Source of the DNA: Acetatifactor sp.
GTDB taxonomy: Bacteria > Bacillota > Clostridia > Lachnospirales > Lachnospiraceae
NCBI GenBank assembly: GCA_024403365.1
Contig: JAKSRX010000001.1
Span: 401-64,400, forward strand
DNA: 64,000 bases
Direction: 5' to 3'
Below the pieces are notes generated by a model. It saw only the letters and a program-made list of their open reading frames with translations. It was not told the DNA's origin and ran no database searches. Position 1 is the stretch's first letter, and each line of letters begins with the position of its first letter. This document shows, one piece after another, positions 49,573 through 59,240 of the stretch. The position numbers and the translations under genes are program-made.

Positions 49573-50679
49573 TTACCTCGTGAAGGGTGGAATGATGATC
49601 AGTGCGATCATCTGGCAAACAGCCACCAGATACAAGATGCTGCCGAAGGCGGTGATCACCTTGCGCGCCTTCTGCTCCTGCGCCATGGCTGCCAGAAGGG
49701 AGATCATATATACCGTGAAAATCGCCAGAACTCCGAACACCGCTCTGGAGGGATAGGTGGGGGAAAGCGCCATTCCGCCGTGGGCTACGATACCATAAGC
49801 CAGGAATGCGATCTGGGTCCTGGTCAGCTTTTTCTGATAAGCAAAGAGATACACAAGGGTAAGCCCGATGGCCAGAACGAATACCGGCAGCAGGAAATCA
49901 CAGGTGGCAACCAGCATGGAGCTGACACGAATGGAGATCATCTGCACCAGTGAAGTCTGCTCGATCAGATCACTTCTCACATAGTTACCGGGAGCTAAGA
50001 TCATAAAGAGGCACCCTGCCAGAGAGGCAAGAATACCTTCTACCATCCAGACTGTGGGCTTTTTCTTCTCCCACTTCCAGAGATAGACGGTGATGCATGT
50101 CGCAAACAGGAAACTTGCAGGTCCCATATTTTCACAGCTCCAACCGGTCATCAGACCAAGGATCGGCATCCAGATAACGATGCCGGATCGATTGGAGATC
50201 ATCTTTCCATTCAGAGCATTGAGATAAAGAAACGCAAAGCAGAAGATCCAGCAGGTAGCATACAAATAATTCACCGCTCCGGATTGCCAGAACATATTGT
50301 TGTAAAAGGAAGGGTTCAGGGCAATGAGAAATACTCCTGCCAGAAGCACAAAGGCCTTTTCCTTCGCATCCGCCAGTTTACAGATAATATAGGCGATGAC
50401 GCCGCACAGGATCGTATTGAATATATCCGCAACCAATTCTCCGCACATCAACACCAGCTGCAGCACAGCGTGGTTCACACTTCTGCCGCCCCAGTTGAAA
50501 TAGTGCCAGTACTGGCTCTCCCAGATATCACGAAGACCGGCCAGTGGTTTCTCCGTCACCAGGTTTGTCATGTACCACCAGTCATCATTCACGAAGAAGA
50601 TGACACGCTGCAGCACAAAAATGACAGCCAAGAAAAGAATACTTGCGCCGATTAAGATCCCTTTGTTACCTTGTTTCAT
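49573..50679 (-). CDS. Polytopic membrane protein, DUF6056/GT-C-like
   Basis: True start ATG 50679 (MKQGNK; the ORF-track extension runs through the tRNA); NDDWWY, HYFNWGGR, WQSGAVNY, GWSCEN, APGNYVR. Confidence 0.7.
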   Translation of the reverse strand: MKQGNKGILIGASILFLAVIFVLQRVIFFVNDDWWYMTNLVTEKPLAGLRDIWESQYWHYFNWGGRSVNHAVLQLVLMCGELVADIFNTILCGVIAYIICKLADAKEKAFVLLAGVFLIALNPSFYNNMFWQSGAVNYLYATCWIFCFAFLYLNALNGKMISNRSGIVIWMPILGLMTGWSCENMGPASFLFATCITVYLWKWEKKKPTVWMVEGILASLAGCLFMILAPGNYVRSDLIEQTSLVQMISIRVSSMLVATCDFLLPVFVLAIGLTLVYLFAYQKKLTRTQIAFLAYGIVAHGGMALSPTYPSRAVFGVLAIFTVYMISLLAAMAQEQKARKVITAFGSILYLVAVCQMIALIIIPPFTR

Positions 50680-50732
50680 TCGTCTACCTCTACATACAGA
50701 CTCACTTTCGCCCATTATACCATATTGGGCAC

Positions 50733-50761
50733 AAAAAAAGGAACCACTTTCGTGATTCCTT
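50733..50761 (-). terminator. tRNA terminator
   Basis: AAGGAACCAC/GTGATTCCTT stem with U7 on the minus strand. Confidence 0.65.
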
Positions 50762-50763
50762 AG

Positions 50764-50836
50764 CAGCGCTACAAGGATTCGAACCTTGAAAATGACGGAG
50801 TCAGAGTCCGTTGCCTTACCGTTTGGCGATAGCGCT
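50764..50836 (-). tRNA. tRNA-Gln (anticodon CTG), CCA not encoded
   Basis: Minus strand AGCGCTA..GCCAAACGGTAAGGC..ACGGA-CTCTGAC-TCCGT..CAAGG-TTCGAAT-CCTTG-TAGCGCT-G cloverleaf. Confidence 0.95.
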
Positions 50837-50865
50837 ATATTGCCGTCTCGTCGACTGCAAAAGTT

Positions 50866-50894
50866 ACTATACACTATCTGAAAATAAAATGCAA
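50866..50894 (-). promoter_or_regulatory. Sigma-A promoter of tRNA-Gln
   Basis: TTGCAT-17 nt-TATAGT with AT-rich upstream sequence. Confidence 0.6.
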
Positions 50895-50916
50895 GCATTA
50901 TTTTTCAAAATTTTTC

Positions 50917-50945
50917 AAAAAGAAAGGCCGGCAAATATGCCGGCC
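50917..50945 (-). terminator. Terminator after glnA
   Basis: GGCCGGCA/TGCCGGCC stem with adjacent A-rich run. Confidence 0.65.
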
Positions 50946-50958
50946 CGAAATTCATTCC

Positions 50959-53070
50959 TTATACTTCGAACATCAGATCTGCGTAAGTAGGGAAAGGCCA
51001 GTAGTCCTTCTCTACCAGTTTCTCCAGTTCGTCAGCGGGCTTTCTCACTGCGTTCATAGCGGTAACTACCTTCTCGCGATAGAAGAATGCCTGCTCCTTG
51101 CCCTGCTTCATGCCGGAAGCAACCTTCTCAACATTCATCAGTTCATCCACTGCCTTCTTCAGCTCGGTAAGTTTTGCAGTAACTGCCTTCAGGTTCTCAG
51201 CGGGAACAAATGCATCCGCACCTGCCTCCTTCACCTTGATCACGGTATCAGCCAGCAGATTTGCATAACGCATGACGGAAGGGATGATCTGCTTGTTTGC
51301 CATATCGATCATGGTCAGTGCCTCGATGTTCACGCTCTTTGCGTAGGTCTCGTAGAGGATCTCGGCTCTGGAATGAAGCTCTGCCTCGGTGAAGATACCG
51401 AACTTCTCGAAGAGTTTGATCGCCTTGGCAGTGGTCAGAGTCTCAACGCTCTCTACCATAGAAGGGATGTTGGGAAGTCCGCGTCTTGCAGCTTCCTCTA
51501 CCCACTCGGGTGCATAACCGTTGCCGTTGAAGATGATTCTCTGGTGAGCGGTCATATATTCCTTGATCAGATCATGTACAGCCATCTCGAAGTTATCTGC
51601 TGCTTCCAGTCTGTCTGCTGCCTCGCAGAAAGCTTCCGCAACGATGGCATTCAAGGTGGTGTTGGGGCTTCCGATGGAATCGGAGCTGCCTACGGAACGG
51701 AACTCGAACTTGTTGCCGGTGAAAGCAAAAGGTGAGGTTCTGTTACGGTCGGTGGCATCCTTAACAAAATCAGGCAGAGTGGATACGCCGGTGCGCAGTA
51801 CGCCGCCTTCCTTCAGGGAATCAGCCTTACCGGTCTCAACCAGCTGATACACTACGTCCTCCAGCTGCTCGCCTAAGAAGATGGAAATGATGGCAGGGGG
51901 TGCTTCATAACCGCCCAGTCTCAGATCATTACCTACGTTTGCAGCACTCTGACGAAGCAGATCTGCATGAGTATCTACAGCTTTCATGATACAAGCCAGT
52001 ACCAGAAGGAACTGAATATTTTCATTGGGAGTCTGGCCGGGCTCTAACAGGTTCACACCGTTGTCTGTGGTGATGGACCAGTTGTTGTGCTTACCGGAAC
52101 CGTTGACACCTGCGAAGGGCTTCTCGTGAAGCATGCAGCGAAGGCCATGATAGCCTGCTACTCTCTTCAAGGTCTCCATTACCAGCTGATTGTGGTCTAC
52201 TGCCACGTTGGCTGACTCGTAAATAGGAGCTACCTCATGCTGTGCGGGAGCAGCCTCGTTGTGCTGGGTCTTGGAAGTAACGCCCAGTTTCCAGAGTTCG
52301 ATATTCACATCGTGCATGAAAGCGCCGACACGTTCTCTGATGACACCGAAATAGTGGTCGTCCATCTCCTGTCCCTTGGGAGCAGGTGCACCGAAGAGGG
52401 TTCTTCCTGCGAAAAGGATATCCTCTCTCTCGGATGCCTTCTTGGCATCTACCAGGAAATACTCCTGCTCTGCGCCTACGGAAGGCAGTACCTTGGTTGC
52501 TTCGGTATTGCCGAACAGTCTTACGATACGGATGGCCTGCTTACTCAGTGCTTCCATGGAACGAAGCAGAGGGGTCTTCTTATCCAGTGCTTCACCGGTA
52601 TAGGAACAGAACGCGGTGGGAATGCACAGGGTAGGACCGGTAGCAGTCTCCTTAATAAATGCAGGGGAAGTGATATCCCAGGTGGTATATCCTCTTGCCT
52701 CGAAGGTAGCACGAAGTCCGCCGGAAGGGAAGGAGGATGCATCGGGCTCGCCCTTGATCAGCTCTTTTCCGGAGAATTCCATGATCATCTTGCCATCTTC
52801 ATCGGGATGGGTCACGAAAGCGTCATGCTTTTCTGCAGTGATTCCGGTCAGAGGCTGGAACCAGTGTGTATAGTGAGTTGCGCCATTTTCCACAGCCCAG
52901 TCCTTCATAGCCTTTGCTACGACTTCTGCTGCTGCCTTGGACAGATCGCCGCCCTGGTCCATGACTTTCTTCACTTCTTTATAGGTGCCCTTGGGCAGCC
53001 TTTCTTTCATCTTGCCGAGAGTAAATACTTTGCTTGCAAAAAGATCTTCCACGTTCATCATTTCACTCAT
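50959..53070 (-). CDS. glnA: Glutamine synthetase type III
   Basis: [55 protein letters not shown]; 703 aa. Confidence 0.95.
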   Translation of the reverse strand: MSEMMNVEDLFASKVFTLGKMKERLPKGTYKEVKKVMDQGGDLSKAAAEVVAKAMKDWAVENGATHYTHWFQPLTGITAEKHDAFVTHPDEDGKMIMEFSGKELIKGEPDASSFPSGGLRATFEARGYTTWDITSPAFIKETATGPTLCIPTAFCSYTGEALDKKTPLLRSMEALSKQAIRIVRLFGNTEATKVLPSVGAEQEYFLVDAKKASEREDILFAGRTLFGAPAPKGQEMDDHYFGVIRERVGAFMHDVNIELWKLGVTSKTQHNEAAPAQHEVAPIYESANVAVDHNQLVMETLKRVAGYHGLRCMLHEKPFAGVNGSGKHNNWSITTDNGVNLLEPGQTPNENIQFLLVLACIMKAVDTHADLLRQSAANVGNDLRLGGYEAPPAIISIFLGEQLEDVVYQLVETGKADSLKEGGVLRTGVSTLPDFVKDATDRNRTSPFAFTGNKFEFRSVGSSDSIGSPNTTLNAIVAEAFCEAADRLEAADNFEMAVHDLIKEYMTAHQRIIFNGNGYAPEWVEEAARRGLPNIPSMVESVETLTTAKAIKLFEKFGIFTEAELHSRAEILYETYAKSVNIEALTMIDMANKQIIPSVMRYANLLADTVIKVKEAGADAFVPAENLKAVTAKLTELKKAVDELMNVEKVASGMKQGKEQAFFYREKVVTAMNAVRKPADELEKLVEKDYWPFPTYADLMFEV

Positions 53071-53146
53071 AATCTCGTCTCCATTAATATAAAGTATTGT
53101 CCATTATATGCTACCGACCGATCATCGTCAAATCATTTTTCAAAAG

Positions 53147-53800
53147 CTACCGCATTTCGGATAATTTTCTCAGTGTTGCATTCTTTCCTAAGATAACAAA
53201 TACCATATCGTCGCAGATCAGTGCGTCCGCATCGGGAACCATCTGGATGTCGCTGCCCTGCTGTACGGCGATCACGTTGATCTTGTATTTGTCACGAAGA
53301 TTCAGGGATCTGAGGCTGAAACCTACCCAGGCACGCAGCACGGGGATCTTACCGATGGAATAATCATCTGTCAGTTCAATGGCATCGACAATATTATTCA
53401 TGGTCAGATTGTTTGCCAGTCTCTGGCCCATCTCACGCTCCGGGAAAATGACCTGATCCGCGCCTACCTTGCTCAGGATCTTTGCGTGGGTCTCATTGAA
53501 AGCCTTGGCAATGACATGCTTCACGCCATGCTCCTTTGCAAAGATGGTAGCCAGTACGGTTGCCTCGGTGTTATGTCCGATGGCGATCACCGCTGTATCA
53601 AAGTTCTGTATACCAAGTTCTTCCATAGCTTCCTCGTTGGTGACATCCACGCAGGTAGCCAATGTTACATAATCCGCGATCTGGCGGATCTTCTTCTCAT
53701 CCTTATCCACGACCATGACCTTACAGCCGTTGGCTTCCAACTGCAATGCCATGCTGCTGCCCAGTCGTCCCAGTCCGATAATTACAATATCTTTCGTCAT
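53147..53800 (-). CDS. ktrA: Ktr/Trk K+ uptake regulatory subunit (RCK_N + RCK_C)
   Basis: IIGLGRLG, AVIAIG, VIFPEREMG, SLNLRDKYKINVIAV. Confidence 0.9.
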   Translation of the reverse strand: MTKDIVIIGLGRLGSSMALQLEANGCKVMVVDKDEKKIRQIADYVTLATCVDVTNEEAMEELGIQNFDTAVIAIGHNTEATVLATIFAKEHGVKHVIAKAFNETHAKILSKVGADQVIFPEREMGQRLANNLTMNNIVDAIELTDDYSIGKIPVLRAWVGFSLRSLNLRDKYKINVIAVQQGSDIQMVPDADALICDDMVFVILGKNATLRKLSEMR

Positions 53801-53812
53801 CTGTTAACTCCC

Positions 53813-53931
53813 CCAATGGTTTAGTCTATGCATCCCGTTACTATGTTCATCAATGTGCGGGGTTTGGCATCGCTTGCGATATTCCATTCCGAACAAGCTC
53901 GCACCCCCGCACTTCGCTAAAAAATCATTGG
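53813..53931. repeat. Nested inverted-repeat intergenic element between ktrB and ktrA
   Basis: CCAATGGTTT...AAATCATTGG outer arms, GTGCGGGG/CCCCGCAC inner stem, ATCGC-TT-GCGAT hairpin. Confidence 0.55.
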
Positions 53932-55281
53932 TTATCCGATCGTTATTTTGTCGTCCGCGTAGGAAACATCCGCGGGTTTCTTATAGTTAAAGGCAAGTGC
54001 CATGGTGATGGGACCGATACGGCCCAGGTACATGGTCAGGCAGACAATCAATTTGCCCCATTGATTCAGGTCTCCCGTCAGTCCGCGGGACAATCCAACG
54101 GTCGCCACCGCGCTGGACATCTCATAGAAAGAATCCAGGAAATCACCGCCCTGCACGAACATCAGCAGGCTGGTGAGAACGATCAAGGTTCCGACACTGA
54201 AGGTTGCGATGGCACTACAGGTCCGCACATAAGCATCCGTTACTTGTCTGTGGAACAGGTTCACCTGACTGCCTCCCCTGATATTGGTGATCATAGATGC
54301 GATCAGGATCATCATGGTTACTGTTTTAATACCGCCGGCAGTACCGGAGGGGGAACCTCCGATGAGCATGAGCACGATGTAGATCATGCAGGAAGCAGGG
54401 GTAAAACCGCTCTGATCGATAGTCGCAAAACCTGCGGTTCGTAGGGTCACCGACTGGAAAAAGCTTGCCAATACCTTCTTGCCGAAGGGAAGTTCTCCGA
54501 TGGTCAGCGGGTTGTTCCACTCAAAGACTAAGGTCACCAACGCGCCGCCCAGGATCAATACCGCCGTAGCCACCAGCGCCATCTTGGCACGGATGCTCAT
54601 CTTTTTGCGATACTGATGCTTCTTCTCGTCGCTGTGTGTGATCAGTCGCCAGATCTCCCAGTAGACCGGGAAGCCTAGGCCACCGGCCACGATCAATGTC
54701 ATGGTGATCAGATTGATGGCAAGGTGATCGCGGTACTGCACCAGGCTGTTGCCGCCCAGCAGATCGATTCCCGCATTACAGTAAGCAGAAACCGAATGGA
54801 AAATACTGTACCAGATGCCCACCGGGCCGTACTCCGGCACAAAGATAAAGCAATATGCCAGCGCACCCAGTCCCTGGATCAGGCAGGATAATTTGATGAT
54901 CCTCTTGGTCATGCGGATCAGACCGGACATGGAATCGGTGTTGTAGGCATTCTGGATCAGCATACGGTTCGTCAGACTGATCCTCTGTCCGAACAGTATC
55001 ATCACCAGCACACTGAAAGTGATGACGCCCAAGCCCCCCACCTCGATCAGTACCAATAAGATGATCTGTCCCAGTGTGGTGAATGTGGCACCGATATTCA
55101 CGGTGGAAAGACCGGTCACACAGATAGATGAAACTGCCACAAAGAACGCATCAATGGCAGGAATTCCGTTTACGGTACTCTCCGGCAGGCATAACAGCAG
55201 CGTGCCGATGATGATACCCAAAAGAAAACCGCCCATGATGATTCTTGTAGTTGTAATTCTGGTATGTTTTGTTTTCTTCAA
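53932..55281 (-). CDS. ktrB: Ktr/Trk K+ uptake membrane subunit
   Basis: SSICVTGL, SAYCNAG, TLRTAGF, IGGSPSGTAGGIKT, SAVATVGLS, MYLGRIG. Confidence 0.92.
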   Translation of the reverse strand: MKKTKHTRITTTRIIMGGFLLGIIIGTLLLCLPESTVNGIPAIDAFFVAVSSICVTGLSTVNIGATFTTLGQIILLVLIEVGGLGVITFSVLVMILFGQRISLTNRMLIQNAYNTDSMSGLIRMTKRIIKLSCLIQGLGALAYCFIFVPEYGPVGIWYSIFHSVSAYCNAGIDLLGGNSLVQYRDHLAINLITMTLIVAGGLGFPVYWEIWRLITHSDEKKHQYRKKMSIRAKMALVATAVLILGGALVTLVFEWNNPLTIGELPFGKKVLASFFQSVTLRTAGFATIDQSGFTPASCMIYIVLMLIGGSPSGTAGGIKTVTMMILIASMITNIRGGSQVNLFHRQVTDAYVRTCSAIATFSVGTLIVLTSLLMFVQGGDFLDSFYEMSSAVATVGLSRGLTGDLNQWGKLIVCLTMYLGRIGPITMALAFNYKKPADVSYADDKITIG

Positions 55282-55308
55282 TCCTGTTCTTCTTTCGAGA
55301 TCAAAATA

Positions 55309-56472
55309 TTACTGCATCCAATAGCTTGCGCCGCCCACCAGACTGATGAAGAAATACAGTCCGCAGTACAAGTGCCAGCAATAGATCACTGCCAGGCCAA
55401 GCTTAGCTGCCAAGCCTGCTCCCTTTCGCGGCATCTTCAGCCATTTCACCGCACACACAGTGAAAAGAACGAAGAGGCAGAAGCTGTAGCCCCAAAGGAA
55501 GTTGCCGTCCACTGCTCGATTTCCCTGCTCCGTGAGACACAGAGCTTCCAGAAATCCCAACGCAGCCATGCAGATGATAAAAAGATACTGCTTCTCCTTC
55601 ACTACATCCTTCAAAGTAAACACAATCACCACACCGCAGAACAATGCGGAACAAAGCACCGCAAGTTTCGGTACGGAAGCATGCAGGGAAAAGGTGTACC
55701 AGGGATCAAAGGCGATACCGTTTCCGGTGTCATCGCCGAAAAGAACCATATTCTGCCAAAGGATCACCAGCCCGCTGGGAAGCAGGGCGGAACCGAAGGC
55801 AAGGATACGGGTGAATTTCACTTTGCGGAACAGATCCACCAAGAGGAAAATACCCATCACCGGTGAGAAGGCCAACAGGAAGCTGGGCTTGATGCCGGTA
55901 CAAATGATATTGAGCCCTGCAAAGATGCACCACTCTTTCAAGGTGATGCCTTCCCTGTACTTCTCTTCCAGCTTCAGATAGGTGAGGAAGGTAAGCAATG
56001 CGAAGAGTTTCATGCAGACATAGGTGGAATTGTGCCACACATTGGGAGCCTGGTAACTGACGTAACGATATGCTCCCACAGACCGGATATACACAGGCAT
56101 CACCAGGTTCAGGGAAAGAGATAAAAGCAGGGAGTACCAGCTTTTCTCCTGCATTCTGCCCAGGTGACACACCAGTGCCTCGGTGGCATAGATGGTTCCG
56201 TAGGCCATAACGCCCAGGAACAATGCAATGCCGATGGTGGTCTTGCCGAACAATATATGTAAGAGTTTGTATGCAAATGCCGTAAAGCTGTAATACCAGC
56301 CGTCCTCGATGATCATACTGATATGAAGCGGCAGATCGGACTGGTAAGGGCTTGCACCCAGATCACTTAAGACTGCCACGGACTGCTTGTAGAAAAGCCA
56401 CAGGCAGGCCAGCCCGTACAGGGCAGTCACCACGTGCATCAGGATGCGAAGTCGCGGGTTTCTTTGTTTCAT
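55309..56472 (-). CDS. Polytopic membrane protein (possible GT-C fold)
   Basis: About 10 TMs; YQSDLPLH first loop, NVWHNST, KPSF, GNFLWG. Confidence 0.65.
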   Translation of the reverse strand: MKQRNPRLRILMHVVTALYGLACLWLFYKQSVAVLSDLGASPYQSDLPLHISMIIEDGWYYSFTAFAYKLLHILFGKTTIGIALFLGVMAYGTIYATEALVCHLGRMQEKSWYSLLLSLSLNLVMPVYIRSVGAYRYVSYQAPNVWHNSTYVCMKLFALLTFLTYLKLEEKYREGITLKEWCIFAGLNIICTGIKPSFLLAFSPVMGIFLLVDLFRKVKFTRILAFGSALLPSGLVILWQNMVLFGDDTGNGIAFDPWYTFSLHASVPKLAVLCSALFCGVVIVFTLKDVVKEKQYLFIICMAALGFLEALCLTEQGNRAVDGNFLWGYSFCLFVLFTVCAVKWLKMPRKGAGLAAKLGLAVIYCWHLYCGLYFFISLVGGASYWMQ

Positions 56473-56487
56473 AAAAATACCTTTCGT

Positions 56488-56553
56488 TATTTGTACCGAT
56501 TCCGGTGGATTCGGTGCCGTGTATTTGTACCGATTCCGGTGGAATCGATGCCG
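56488..56553. repeat. Two tandem copies (34-bp period) of a palindromic REP-like unit
   Basis: TATTTGTACCGATTCCGGTGGATTCGGTGCCG at 56488 and TATTTGTACCGATTCCGGTGGAATCGATGCCG at 56522. Confidence 0.8.
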
Positions 56554-56561
56554 GGCAAAGG

Positions 56562-57803
56562 TTATTCTGTCACATTGCTTCTGCGAAGCAGATCATACTG
56601 TGCAGGCGTCTCGGAAAGCTTTATCCACAGTATCTGTCTGGAATGAGGGCAGCTGTCCACAGGATTCATCTCTGCATCGTACATCGCTTCCACACGTACC
56701 GGAATATTCTCCCCGTTTGGCTTCATGATCTCGATCTCTTCTCCCACGGAGAACTTGTTCTTCTGCTCGATGCGGATCAGGTCATCCTTCACTTCCTCGG
56801 TGATGCCTAAGTAGATATATTCGTTCACATAGGTGTTGTTGTCATAGATCTGGGTGTTCTCGTCAGGCTTTCCGAAGTAAAAACCGGTGGTGAACTGACG
56901 ATAGGTACACTTGGATATCTCTGTGCGGTACCAGTCCATATTGGCACGGTAAGTCTCCTCCGAGATCTCATAATCATCCAGTGCCTTTCGGTAGGTTCTT
57001 GCCACCGCCGCCACATACAGAGCGGTCTTCATACGACCTTCGATCTTCAGGCTGTCGATACCGGAGGCTGCGATCTCGGGAATATACTCGATCATGCACA
57101 GGTCCTTGGAGTTAAAAATATAGGTGCCGCGCTCGTTCTCATAGACAGGCAGATATTCACCGGGTCTGGTCTCCTCCACCACCGCATATTTCCAGCGGCA
57201 GGGATGGGTGCAGGCACCGTGGTTGGCGTCTCTTCCCGTGAAATAATTGCTGAGCAGGCATCTTCCGGAGTAGGAGATACACATAGCGCCGTGAATAAAG
57301 CTCTCGATCTCCATCTCCTCAGGGATATTCTCGCGGATCTGACGGATCTCTTCCAGAGAAAGTTCTCTGGCGGATACCACTCTCTTGGCCCCTTGCTGCC
57401 ACCAGAATCTGTAGGTCAGATAGTTGGTGTTATTCGCCTGGGTGGAAATATGGATCTCCACCTCCGGCCAGACCTCTCTTGCGAGAGTAAACATACCGGG
57501 ATCGGAAATGATCAGGGCATCGCAAGGTTCCGGCTTCATATCTCGAAGCTCCGCAAAATACTTTTTCGCGCCCTCCAAATCATAATTATGTGCCAGAATA
57601 TTGGCGGTCACATATACCTTTACCTGATGTGCGTGAGCGAAAGCGATTCCCTCCGCCATATCTTCCGGGGAAAAATTCTTCGCCTTGGCGCGCAGGCCAA
57701 AAGCCTCACCGCCGATATATACTGCATCCGCGCCGAAAATAACTGCGGTCTTGAGTACCTCCAGACTGCTGGCGGGAATCAGAAGTTCCATTTTTCTTTT
57801 CAT
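56562..57803 (-). CDS. trhP: U32-family protein (TrhP/YrrO-like tRNA hydroxylase)
   Basis: ELLIPA, GADAVYIGG, HISTQAN, HGAMCISYSGRCLLS, CTHPCRW, LKIEGRMK; adjacent to trmR. Confidence 0.85.
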   Translation of the reverse strand: MKRKMELLIPASSLEVLKTAVIFGADAVYIGGEAFGLRAKAKNFSPEDMAEGIAFAHAHQVKVYVTANILAHNYDLEGAKKYFAELRDMKPEPCDALIISDPGMFTLAREVWPEVEIHISTQANNTNYLTYRFWWQQGAKRVVSARELSLEEIRQIRENIPEEMEIESFIHGAMCISYSGRCLLSNYFTGRDANHGACTHPCRWKYAVVEETRPGEYLPVYENERGTYIFNSKDLCMIEYIPEIAASGIDSLKIEGRMKTALYVAAVARTYRKALDDYEISEETYRANMDWYRTEISKCTYRQFTTGFYFGKPDENTQIYDNNTYVNEYIYLGITEEVKDDLIRIEQKNKFSVGEEIEIMKPNGENIPVRVEAMYDAEMNPVDSCPHSRQILWIKLSETPAQYDLLRRSNVTE

Positions 57804-57824
57804 AGTTTTCCTGCCTTTCCTGTT

Positions 57825-58472
57825 CTAGAAGGTCTTCTTGGTGCTCAAAGTCACACCGTCTCCCACGGGGAGGATCACTGTCTCCAGGTCGGGATGGTGC
57901 TTCAGTTCGTATAAGTATTCTCTCATGCGGGCATGGATGGTTCTGTTTCTTCTGGTCACCGCAAAACGGGATTCGATGATGTCACCGTCCTGCAGCACAT
58001 TGTCGCTGACCAACAACCCGCCGGGAGCCAAAAGTCTCATGATATCCGGCATGAAGTTGATGTACTGGCCCTTGGCTGCATCCATGAAGATCAGGTCGTA
58101 GCTTCCCTCCAGCTCCTTGAGGATCTCGATGGCATCTCCCTCCAACAGGGTGATGCGGTCCTCCGCGCCGGCTTTCTTAAAGTTTTCCTTCGCGATGGGG
58201 ATCCGTTTCTCGTACTTTTCGATGGTGGTGATATGACAATCCTTCGGCGCATACTCGCTCATCAATAACGCAGAAAAGCCGATAGCGGTCCCGACCTCCA
58301 GGACGTTCTTCGGCTTTGCAAACTGAAGCAGAAACTTCAGCAAACTTTGCATGGATCTGCGGATGATGGGAACCTCCGTCTCCAACGCATACTTTTCTAT
58401 CTCATTCAAAAAAGGAGTGTTGCCTTTATCCAAAGAATCGATAAAGGCAGCCATTCTCTCGTCAATAATCAT
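57825..58472 (-). CDS. trmR: O-methyltransferase (TrmR/YrrM-like)
   Basis: LEVGTAIGFSA, FMDAAKGQY, SDNVL, GDG; ATG 58472. Confidence 0.82.
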   Translation of the reverse strand: MIIDERMAAFIDSLDKGNTPFLNEIEKYALETEVPIIRRSMQSLLKFLLQFAKPKNVLEVGTAIGFSALLMSEYAPKDCHITTIEKYEKRIPIAKENFKKAGAEDRITLLEGDAIEILKELEGSYDLIFMDAAKGQYINFMPDIMRLLAPGGLLVSDNVLQDGDIIESRFAVTRRNRTIHARMREYLYELKHHPDLETVILPVGDGVTLSTKKTF

Positions 58473-58497
58473 TGGTCGATTTCCTTTACTGTGCTTC

Positions 58498-58902
58498 CTA
58501 CTGATCGGTGCCCGCTGTCTCAAGAGGCTCTAAGTTAGCCCCGCTCATGCGCTCCATCATATCTTCAGCAGTCATGGCACTGTTCAGTGTGTAGGTGCCG
58601 GGCTTGAAATCCTCTCTGTACTCGGAAGCATAAAACTGCAGAGCAAAAAGCTTCGCATCGTTGATCAGGCCCTTGCTCTCCAAGAGATTGCCGATATCCA
58701 GAGGCTTCATCTTGGCAGTGATCACCACAGTCTCCTCCTTGGCATGCTGAGGATCTGCAGCAACTGCAGGCTCGGTGAAAATTCTGTATCCGTAATTGTA
58801 GCAGATGGTGGCACCGTTATAGATGATGTATACTGCCGCAAGGAGCAGAAACACTCTCAAAGCGGCTCCCACTATTGTCAAAAAAATCTTGGCTGCTTTC
58901 AT
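58498..58902 (-). CDS. Short MltG/YceG N-terminal-domain protein (TM + small domain, no catalytic domain)
   Basis: TM, then IGNLLESKGLI...FKPGTYTLNSAMT; occupies the mltG position before trmR; ATG 58902. Confidence 0.7.
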   Translation of the reverse strand: MKAAKIFLTIVGAALRVFLLLAAVYIIYNGATICYNYGYRIFTEPAVAADPQHAKEETVVITAKMKPLDIGNLLESKGLINDAKLFALQFYASEYREDFKPGTYTLNSAMTAEDMMERMSGANLEPLETAGTDQ

Positions 58903-58912
58903 ATAATCCCTC

Positions 58913-59233
58913 CTACTGGAAGTCGATCTCACCTGTGATTCTCATGGTGATATCTTGAATCATTCTGCACAGATCCACCTCGGCAGCCAGGAAATCGCTT
59001 ACCAGGGGATTCTGTCTGAAGTATTCATATTCTTTTTCAAAACGATCCAGCTTCTCGAAATCAATATCCTGGCTGGTCTGCAGCATAAAATTACGTCTGC
59101 GGAACTCGTCGATCTGTGCTTTCAACGCGGGATCCTGAAGGACCTTCTCCAGCACGTCGCGATAGCTTAGGTATTCTTCGCTGCTTTTGATCGCTGACAG
59201 CAATGCATCGGTTGCTTCTTTCACACTGTTCAT
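58913..59233 (-). CDS. YlbF/YmcA-family regulator
   Basis: IKSSEEY, NPLVSDFLAAE; helical 106 aa. Confidence 0.8.
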   Translation of the reverse strand: MNSVKEATDALLSAIKSSEEYLSYRDVLEKVLQDPALKAQIDEFRRRNFMLQTSQDIDFEKLDRFEKEYEYFRQNPLVSDFLAAEVDLCRMIQDITMRITGEIDFQ

Positions 59234-59240
59234 CTTCTGA

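Noticed and set aside
44629-50836. Genomic island integrated at tRNA-Gln
   Set aside because: No integrase and no duplicated tRNA 3' end seen by eye; the genes look like ordinary accessory metabolism
50680-50898. N-terminal extension of the 49573 ORF
   Set aside because: It runs through tRNA-Gln and its terminator; ATG 50679 has an RBS
50764-53070. Functional link between tRNA-Gln and the adjacent glnA
   Set aside because: They are separated by a terminator and the tRNA has its own promoter; no T-box seen
53801-55308. Canonical ydaO c-di-AMP riboswitch for ktrAB
   Set aside because: Only 27 nt lie upstream of ktrB, and the ktrB-ktrA spacer lacks the ydaO consensus by eye
56488-56553. Possible mini-CRISPR array
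   Set aside because: Only two adjacent units, no spacer, no cas genes in the window
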